Of a DNA stretch of 12,879 nt, positions 1-6,260 are shown one piece after another; positions within the stretch are counted from its first letter, which is position 1; each line of letters begins with the position of its first letter. Source of the stretch: Candidatus Altarchaeum sp. Its GTDB lineage: Archaea > Altiarchaeota > Altiarchaeia > Altiarchaeales > Altiarchaeaceae. The stretch lies in assembly GCA_018260615.1 (NCBI GenBank), contig JAGWDQ010000023.1, positions 1 to 12,879 on the forward strand. Reading direction: 5' to 3'. A program made the position numbers and the translations under genes. Below the pieces are notes generated by a model that was not told the origin of the DNA, did no database searches, and was given only the letters and a program-made list of their open reading frames with translations.

Positions 1-54
1 TTAATTAATAATTTACAAGAATATAAGTGGCCTACTTTCATATGCTACATAACC
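1..54 (-). mobile_element. Probable terminal end of an insertion sequence that continues beyond the left window edge
   Basis: On the minus strand the AlbA-family ORF loses homology exactly after ELIVN (family continues NALIHRDY). The sequence switches to GGTTATGTAGCATA (revcomp of 41-54), which matches 11 of 14 bases of the IS6-family IS257/IS431 end GGTTCTGTTGCAAA. The partner end and transposase are not in the window. Confidence 0.45.
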
Positions 55-918
55 ATTAACAATCAATTCTTCAAAGACCTCTCGTGGAATTTCCAAACGC
101 CCCGGGCTATTAAAACTTTTTTCAACCTGAACTACATGGAGATTTCTTATAATAAAATTCATCGTTTTTTCAAGTATTTCCACAATGTTTCCTTCAAACG
201 GACCTGCTTTGTCGCGAAATTCTGTGCCCGAAATTTCATTTCCTACAAACGAAACACACAGAACTGTAAACATCGGCTTGTATCGTTGCGGATTTTTTCC
301 AAATAAAAGCAGCCCGGATAATGTCAAATTTTCACCTTTTGCAAAGCCCATGTTATTTAAAATTTGCGGGAGTAATTGATTCAATGTATCAAGACCTTTT
401 CCTGTTTTCTTTTGGACAAAATCCCTGAAGACATCAATATTAATATCGTGAAAAGTACTATTTACAACCTGCTCTTCATCGGCAGCAAGATTACCGCTGC
501 TCTGAAGCATCCGCAACAATTCATCATTAGATACCACTTTCCTTTTACCGGAACCGTTCTTTACCCAGATAATTCCTTTGTTATCTCTGTATGGCTTATC
601 GCTGCCTTCTTTTATACGGACGAAAATCAATGTCTGCTCATTTACCGAAACCTGCTCGGTAAAAATTGTGACTGGACTTTTAACATTGTCGGAAGCAGCA
701 TTTGCCAATAACTGATTGGTTGCCTGTATTTCACCATAAGACAAACCGTTTAAGTCCCCTGTTTTATCATTAACGCCAATTATTATTAATCCTCCATACG
801 AATTGGAAAAAGCAACCATTTCTGTTGCAATGCTGTATGCATCGTTTACTCTTTCTTTAAACTGAACGGTGCTGCTCTCCCCTCTTGCAATTACATTTAG
901 CAGTTCTATTGGTTTCAT
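13..918 (-). pseudogene. AlbA_2 (Schlafen-like) domain / RecG-C-terminal-like (HATPase_c_4) protein, C-terminally truncated
   Basis: N-terminal AlbA_2 motif (RGESSTVQFKE...MVAFSNSYGGLIIIGVND), then LTLSGLLLFGKNPQ and LEIPREVFEELIVN. It ends with the unrelated tail GYVAYESRPLIFL instead of the ALIHRDY...SPG...RNP...GTG region present in the paralog at 4816-6219. Confidence 0.8.
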
Positions 919-956
919 AATTTATAAAATTATAGGTTAATATAATTATAAATTAA
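919..956 (-). promoter_or_regulatory. Putative archaeal TATA-box promoter for the AlbA_2 gene
   Basis: Minus-strand TTAATTTATAA (946-956) about 28-38 nt upstream of the ATG, plus TTTATAAA 2 nt before the ATG. The same two elements precede the paralog at 6219. The region is AT-rich, so support is limited. Confidence 0.35.
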
Positions 957-987
957 TCTAAAATTATATGTTGATAAATTTAAATTT

Positions 988-1038
988 TTAAAATCCGAAT
1001 TTATCCCACTTTTCATCAACCCTTTTCTTTAATTCTTT
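988..1038 (-). repeat. Diverged duplicate of the UbiD/MqnL gene 3' end (relic reading KELKKRVDEKWDKFGF*)
   Basis: 991-1037 aligns to 2829-2875 at 41/47 nt (offset 1838). Translation matches the gene's EIKKRVDEKWDKFEFG* at 13 of 15 residues and ends in its own TAA (988-990). Confidence 0.9.
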
Positions 1039-2807
1039 TTACACCCTACCTTTTCATATACTTTTACTTCTTTATCTCCTTCACACATCTTGCTACCGCT
1101 TATTTCAACAAAGTCAACATCTTTTGAGAAATTTATTTCTAATGTGTAATTTTTTGTGTTTTTTGTTAAATTAGAATTTTCTTCGGGCTGAAAAATATCT
1201 AAAAACATCCTTATGCCGCTTTTGTTAGCGTCTTCGTAATTTATACCATAAGCATTTAAAATTACTGCTTTCGGATTATTGCATTTGTCTATTGAAAGAT
1301 ATAGCGTTTTATTTTTACATAAATTTTCTGTTTTTCCTCCATAAACCTTCCACGAAATATGGAAATTTTTAGTTTCGCTGCCACTTCCCACATATTCATA
1401 TTTATAAATTTCATCAATCGGATCATTGGCTACTTTGGAGTTAAATTTCATAAAATAACTTGATAATGAAAATGTTCCATTTCCGTATGTCTCATCATCT
1501 TTATAACAAACATCAAAACATTTTGTATATTCTGCCTTGCACTTGTTAGACATATACGCATCAATGGATTTTTCAAATCTACATGAATACTGTGTCCCAT
1601 TTATTTGTTTAATTTCGTATTTATCGCATTTTGATAAATTGAATACCTCAATTTTTCCCAAATTTCCGGAAATTTCAAAAATAACAAGATTGTCTTTATT
1701 GGAAAATACTGCCATAGTTTGATTTTTTATTAAAAGGGTTGAATTATCCATCGCAATTTTCGTTTCTTTTTGTAAAAATTCAAGGAGTTTGGATGTATCA
1801 TTTAATTTTTTATCCAATGTTTCAATATAATACTTGTCTCCATCAATGGCCTTTAAAATTCTAACGTAATCTGATGTGTACTCAATATCATAGTACCATG
1901 TATATGCACCATACCGACAAGCAGATATATTGCTTTCATTCCGCCAGCCATAACGATACCAGTCATAATCCTGAACCAAATCATCATTAAACTTTATCAA
2001 CATGGAATTGTTTGTAATATTTTTGACAACCCCTTTATCTATAATTTCATCAATTGTAAATAAGCAGGCACTTCCATTTATTAGCTTTGGCTTTAAATAA
2101 TTCTTTGTTATTGTTAAATTCCTGATACATTTATTACCTTCTTCTATATCTATACACCCATAAATGGACTTTAAAATTATCTTTTCGGCATCTGTATTAA
2201 ATCCAAAAGCGTTATTCCAGCCAATATCAAGATAGCAAAAAAATGGTGGTTCAGTTACTGAAATATCTCCAAATATGCCGTAAATTATTAAAGTGTTATT
2301 TTCTTTCTTTATATGCACGGGTGCAAATGTCCCAAAATAAAGTCCCATAAATCCTTTGCTCATATCAACATAATATTCGGGAACATCGTCATAAAAATAC
2401 CACGATAAATTTGAATAATTTCCATAAGACGCATACATCATATATACTTCATCATCAGAAGGATGACTACAACGGGAAAAACAATAATGATTACAGTCCA
2501 AAGGTGTTGAAAAATTTGTAAAATTTGACAATGAAGATGCTATTATATTGGATGGAATAAGATGTGTAATATTTTCATAGGCAATATTTTCATCATAAGT
2601 CAAATTTATACTTTCACTTTGGGTCAAATTTATACTTGCGTTTTCGGTTTTGTTTAATGTTAATTCTGTCTTTGTTAAATTCATACTCTCATTTTCTTTT
2701 GAATATGATTCCGGTGCTTTTTTGGATTCGGAATGAAAATAAAATAAAAAAATACAAATACATAAACACAAAATTCCTACCAAAATCCACAAATTTTTAT
2801 TTTTCAT
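1029..2807 (-). CDS. Hypothetical membrane-anchored, Cys-rich, sequon-rich surface protein (592 aa)
   Basis: Long ORF. Basic N-terminus plus hydrophobic segment (LWILVGILCLCICIFLFYF), about 29 N-X-S/T sequons and about 20 Cys by hand count. No family recognised. Confidence 0.8.
   Translation of the reverse strand: MKNKNLWILVGILCLCICIFLFYFHSESKKAPESYSKENESMNLTKTELTLNKTENASINLTQSESINLTYDENIAYENITHLIPSNIIASSLSNFTNFSTPLDCNHYCFSRCSHPSDDEVYMMYASYGNYSNLSWYFYDDVPEYYVDMSKGFMGLYFGTFAPVHIKKENNTLIIYGIFGDISVTEPPFFCYLDIGWNNAFGFNTDAEKIILKSIYGCIDIEEGNKCIRNLTITKNYLKPKLINGSACLFTIDEIIDKGVVKNITNNSMLIKFNDDLVQDYDWYRYGWRNESNISACRYGAYTWYYDIEYTSDYVRILKAIDGDKYYIETLDKKLNDTSKLLEFLQKETKIAMDNSTLLIKNQTMAVFSNKDNLVIFEISGNLGKIEVFNLSKCDKYEIKQINGTQYSCRFEKSIDAYMSNKCKAEYTKCFDVCYKDDETYGNGTFSLSSYFMKFNSKVANDPIDEIYKYEYVGSGSETKNFHISWKVYGGKTENLCKNKTLYLSIDKCNNPKAVILNAYGINYEDANKSGIRMFLDIFQPEENSNLTKNTKNYTLEINFSKDVDFVEISGSKMCEGDKEVKVYEKVGCKKN
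2599..2637. repeat. 15-bp direct repeat at 24-bp period inside the surface gene (SINLT x2)
   Basis: GTCAAATTTATACTT at 2599-2613 and 2623-2637, each copy encoding an NLT sequon. Confidence 0.7.
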
Positions 2808-2822
2808 TTTTGTGTTAAAAAT

Positions 2823-4292
2823 TTACCCAAACTCAAATTTATCCCACTTTTCATCCACCCGTTTCTTTATTTCTTCGCTCATTTCAGCAACCTCTAAATT
2901 TAACTCTTTATTAACCTCTTCTTTCCACTTCCTCGTTGCATCTATTCCCATTTTTGAGGATAAAAATTTAAATTCCGACGCATTTTCAAGTGCATCTGCA
3001 GGAGCATTCTCTATAATAACCACATCCCTTTTTGGCTCAACCCTGCTGCCCGTAACCCATAAGACATCTTCAATATTCTGAACATTTACATCCGCATCAA
3101 CAACAATAATTATTTTTGTAAACATCATCTGTCCAAGCCCCCAAAGTGCAAACATAACCTTTTTTGCATGCCCGGGATACTTTTTGTTTATAGAAACAAC
3201 ACACAGATTATGAAATACGCCTTCAACCGGAAGATTAATGTCGTTAATTTCCGGAATCAAAATTTTTATAAAAGGAAGAAATAACCGCTCCGTTGCCTTT
3301 CCGATATAAGCATCCTCCATCGGCGGAATTCCCGTAACCGTTGCAGCATAAACCGGATTTTGTCTGTGGGTAATGCAAGTCACATGAAATACGGGATAAT
3401 AATCAACAGAGGAATAATAGCCCGTATGGTCTCCGAAAGGACCTTCCAACTTTCTTTCCCCGGGATTGACATAGCCCTCAAGCACTATTTCCGCATTTGC
3501 CGGAACTTCCATATCAATTGTTTCGCATTTAACGAGCTTTACACTTTTTTCCCTTAGCAATCCTGCAAAAAACACTTCATCAAAATTTTGCGGAAGCGGT
3601 GCCGTTGCCGCATACATACCTGCGGGCTCGCATCCGATTGCAACAGCCACCTCTAATTTTTTATTAAATTTTTCCGCCCTGCTATAATGTTCCGCTCCGT
3701 CCTTGTGGATGTGCCAGTGCATTCCCGTTGTGTTTTTATCAAAAATTTGCATGCGGTACATTCCGACATTTCTCATTCCTGTTTCAGGGTCTTTTGTAAA
3801 TACCATCGGCAATGTTATAAATCTCCCCCCGTCATCAGGCCATAATTTTAATACGGGAAATTTGAACAAATCAACCTTGTCTTCATTTATTATTACTTCT
3901 TTACATTTCCCGCTTTTAAATGTTTCCGGAAAATACGAAGAAAAGTCCTTTAATTCCTTCAGGAGATGCAGTTTTTCAAAAAAGCCGCCCGGCTTAAATT
4001 TAAGAAATTTTAAAAATTTATCACCGAATGATTCAAAATTTTCTGTATTCAGTGCTAATTTCATCCTTTCGGTTGAGCCAAAAATGTTTGTAACGACGGG
4101 AATTTCGGAAATTTTTCCGTTATTTTTAACATTCTCAAAAAACAGAACTTTGCTGTTTTCTCTGTATTTTCGTGACACACGGGCGGTTATTTCTGAAATT
4201 TCAAGCTCGCAATTGACCTCTTCTTTTATGTGATGGACTAAATTTCTCCTTTCAAGTTCATCCAGAAATTCCCTTAAATCGTCGTAAGACAT
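2823..4292 (-). CDS. ubiD: UbiD-family prFMN-dependent decarboxylase, menaquinone (futalosine pathway, MqnL/SCO4490) type
   Basis: Motifs DLREFLDELE, WPDDGGRFIT, RNVGMYRMQ, GMHWHIHKDG, EGPFGDHTGYYS, KMGIDATRK. mqnA lies nearby on the same strand. Confidence 0.93.
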   Translation of the reverse strand: MSYDDLREFLDELERRNLVHHIKEEVNCELEISEITARVSRKYRENSKVLFFENVKNNGKISEIPVVTNIFGSTERMKLALNTENFESFGDKFLKFLKFKPGGFFEKLHLLKELKDFSSYFPETFKSGKCKEVIINEDKVDLFKFPVLKLWPDDGGRFITLPMVFTKDPETGMRNVGMYRMQIFDKNTTGMHWHIHKDGAEHYSRAEKFNKKLEVAVAIGCEPAGMYAATAPLPQNFDEVFFAGLLREKSVKLVKCETIDMEVPANAEIVLEGYVNPGERKLEGPFGDHTGYYSSVDYYPVFHVTCITHRQNPVYAATVTGIPPMEDAYIGKATERLFLPFIKILIPEINDINLPVEGVFHNLCVVSINKKYPGHAKKVMFALWGLGQMMFTKIIIVVDADVNVQNIEDVLWVTGSRVEPKRDVVIIENAPADALENASEFKFLSSKMGIDATRKWKEEVNKELNLEVAEMSEEIKKRVDEKWDKFEFG

Positions 4293-4328
4293 TTTAAATT
4301 TTATTAATTTTTAAATTGCAGAGATTTA

Positions 4329-4356
4329 AAAATCTCCGAGCGTAAGCGAGGTGATT
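4329..4356. repeat. REP-like imperfect hairpin, second copy at 12684-12711
   Basis: AAAATCTCCGAGCGTAAGCGAGGTGATT vs AAAATCTCCGAGCACAAGCGAGGTGATT: 26/28 identical, with both differences in the loop. Confidence 0.8.
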
Positions 4357-4364
4357 AAATTTTA

Positions 4365-4467
4365 GGTAGTGACTAATAGGTAATGCTCCCTAAAATAAAT
4401 TGGGGTGATAATACATTAAAAGTTGAGCGTGTGTGTCAGCATTTATCATTACTTGTTTATCACTACC
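4365..4467. mobile_element. 103-bp MITE-like element with IS1-type terminal inverted repeats
   Basis: Left end GGTAGTGACTAATAGGTAATG and right end (revcomp) GGTAGTGATAAACAAGTAATG match at 16/21, with the first 8 bases identical. No coding capacity. No perfect target-site duplication. Confidence 0.7.
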
Positions 4468-4742
4468 AACTTTTTGTTAACCATTTTGGATGATTCCTTC
4501 AAGGTCTTTCCAAGATTGTAAAAATTTAGGGAATTCAAAATAACTCCCGGAGGATATGTTTTATTTTTCATTCCTCTCTTACTAAACTTTCTATTACAGT
4601 CCTTACAATAAAACAACTGCACGGGACCAAATTTTGTTTCTTGTTTGCCTTTCCGGATTACATTATTTCCACTGCATTTTGGACATAAGACATCGGTTTT
4701 TATTTCAATAACATAAATTTGTTGATTTTTATTACTCCACAA
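4449..4742 (-). pseudogene. Truncated IS1/IS6-type transposase N-terminus (Zn ribbon + start of HTH)
   Basis: CPKCSGNNVIRKGK...QLFYCKDCNRKF Zn-ribbon followed by YPPGVILNSLNFYNLGKTL. No DDE domain. The last six codons and the stop come from the MITE end. TTG start with an in-frame stop immediately upstream. Confidence 0.75.
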
Positions 4743-4771
4743 TCATCACTTGTGGTTATTATGTTTGTTTT

Positions 4772-4816
4772 TAATCGTGCAATTAATCGTTCCCTAATCG
4801 TTCCATAATCGTTCCC
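4772..4816. repeat. 11-bp tandem repeat TAATCGTTCC(C/A) x3 plus one degenerate copy
   Basis: Copies at 4784-4794, 4795-4805 and 4806-4816, with degenerate TAATCGTGCAAT at 4772-4783. It begins at the stop codon of the upstream AlbA_2 gene. Confidence 0.9.
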
Positions 4817-6219
4817 TAAAACTTTTTTATATATCTGACTGACCTTCCTTTACCCTCCTGCGTTATCAGACCTTTGTCCAGGAGATCATGGATATCTATG
4901 TATGCTGCTTTCTTTCCGACATTGTTCAGTTCCTGATACTTCTTATTCGTGATATATGGATTCTCGGTGAAATAGTGAAGGCATGCAACCTGTCGGTCAT
5001 TTAACTCAATACCTCGTTTTTTCATTTCGGGAATTAATATCCCTTCCCCACTGGATCTGAAAATTACCCTGGTTTCTAATCCTCCGGTTTCAAACTCCGG
5101 TTCAGGTATGCCCCATTCATTACACAAATCGCGGACAAAATAGATTCCTGTGCCGTACTTTTCTATATAACCAATCTCTCGCATCAACTGGCACAAAATA
5201 GGATTTCTTGGCATATGAAGTGGTTTTTGCGGCGTTACTCCTTCCGGGAATCTACCTGGACTTATAATCTCAATCCGGGAATCAAATATAAATATCCTTA
5301 TGTCCGAAGGGATTGTGTACTCTCTGTGAATCAATGCGTTCAGGATTACCTCTCTAACTGCTTCTGCAGGATATTCCAATTTGTCTATTCTTCTAAAAGA
5401 CAAACCAGTTCTAAAACCAAACAATCGCACATTTTTTTTGACAAATCCCTCTGCCTGTTTGAGCATTTCCCACAATGTACCTGAACAATCTATGCTGTCT
5501 ATTGTGGTTCTTGATAACTCATCACCTCTGAACCGTGCACATAAAATTCTGAATGGCATGAATATCTGTGGATTTTTACCAAAAAATAGAATACCTGAAT
5601 TAGTGATCACAACCTCTTTATTTACTATTTTGGCACAACAGATGTTTCTTAAAAAATCACTAACATTCATCTGAGAGGGATGTGGAATTTTCCTTGCAGA
5701 AAATCGTTCATCCAGAAACCATTTGACCTTTTCCTCATCAATATCTTTCATACATGCGCCTTCACAAATTTCAGAGTCCCAATATTTATTCCTCTTTTCC
5801 ATAATAATTCTTTCAATTTCTTCCGGAGGGATTACAGGATTTTCTGTTCCGACTCTTTTGTAAGCAACTCCATCTAAATAATATAATTTATTAAGTCCTT
5901 CTTTTACTGTAACTTTTATAACCTTCTCCCTGCCGTCCCCATGAACAGTAATTTCCGGAGTTATTTCCGGCTTTATCTTCTGCCTGACTTTCTGAGATAT
6001 TGATCTTAAGGTGGGGTCAGAGACCTGCTGTCCGACCAGGGTCTTATTATCAATTCCGAAATATACTGCCCCGCCCTTGTGGTTCAAAAAAGCACAGAGC
6101 GCTCTCATGCCCTTTTCTAACTGGGCGGTTGATTTCTTAAATTCCACTTCCTCGGTTTCACCGTTTTCTATAATTTCATTGAGTTCTTTGAGTTGTTTTT
6201 GATTCGTTTTTTGATTCAT
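4816..6219 (-). CDS. AlbA_2 (Schlafen-like) + HATPase_c_4 (RecG C-terminal-like) + winged-HTH protein (467 aa)
   Basis: ENGETEEVEFKKS...AFLNHKGGAVYFGID; YPAEAVREVILNALIHREY; IEIISPG; PRNPILCQL...IEKYGTGI; C-terminal LNDRQ...ITNKKYQEL...DLLDKGLITQEGKGRSVRY. Confidence 0.9.
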   Translation of the reverse strand: MNQKTNQKQLKELNEIIENGETEEVEFKKSTAQLEKGMRALCAFLNHKGGAVYFGIDNKTLVGQQVSDPTLRSISQKVRQKIKPEITPEITVHGDGREKVIKVTVKEGLNKLYYLDGVAYKRVGTENPVIPPEEIERIIMEKRNKYWDSEICEGACMKDIDEEKVKWFLDERFSARKIPHPSQMNVSDFLRNICCAKIVNKEVVITNSGILFFGKNPQIFMPFRILCARFRGDELSRTTIDSIDCSGTLWEMLKQAEGFVKKNVRLFGFRTGLSFRRIDKLEYPAEAVREVILNALIHREYTIPSDIRIFIFDSRIEIISPGRFPEGVTPQKPLHMPRNPILCQLMREIGYIEKYGTGIYFVRDLCNEWGIPEPEFETGGLETRVIFRSSGEGILIPEMKKRGIELNDRQVACLHYFTENPYITNKKYQELNNVGKKAAYIDIHDLLDKGLITQEGKGRSVRYIKKF

Positions 6220-6260
6220 TCTTTATAAACTATAAGATATGTATGATTATTATAAATTAA
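6220..6260 (-). promoter_or_regulatory. Putative TATA-box promoter for the AlbA_2 gene, overlapping the mqnA stop
   Basis: Minus-strand TTAATTTATAA (6250-6260) and TTTATAAA 2 nt before the ATG, same layout as 919-956. Confidence 0.35.

Noticed and set aside
988-2876. DGR template/variable repeat pair
   Set aside because: The mismatches are not confined to adenines in either direction, half are synonymous, the repeat is only about 47 bp, and there is no reverse transcriptase in the window.
4783-4818. Pyrrolysine/amber read-through of the AlbA_2 gene TAG
   Set aside because: The HTH domain is complete before the TAG, the extension is only 10 repeat-derived residues, and there is no evidence of pyl genes.
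185-6202. Short plus-strand ORFs (185-379, 376-711, 1537-1722, 2636-2818, 2812-3081, 3360-3557, 3703-4233, 5215-5484, 5381-5674, 5680-5877, 6011-6202)
   Set aside because: Antisense shadows of well-supported minus-strand genes, with no motifs.
4293-6256. A duplicated mqnA 3' end analogous to the ubiD relic
   Set aside because: Searched by eye for the mqnA terminal sequence (VPKLNFLKI*) downstream of the AlbA_2 gene and found no convincing copy.
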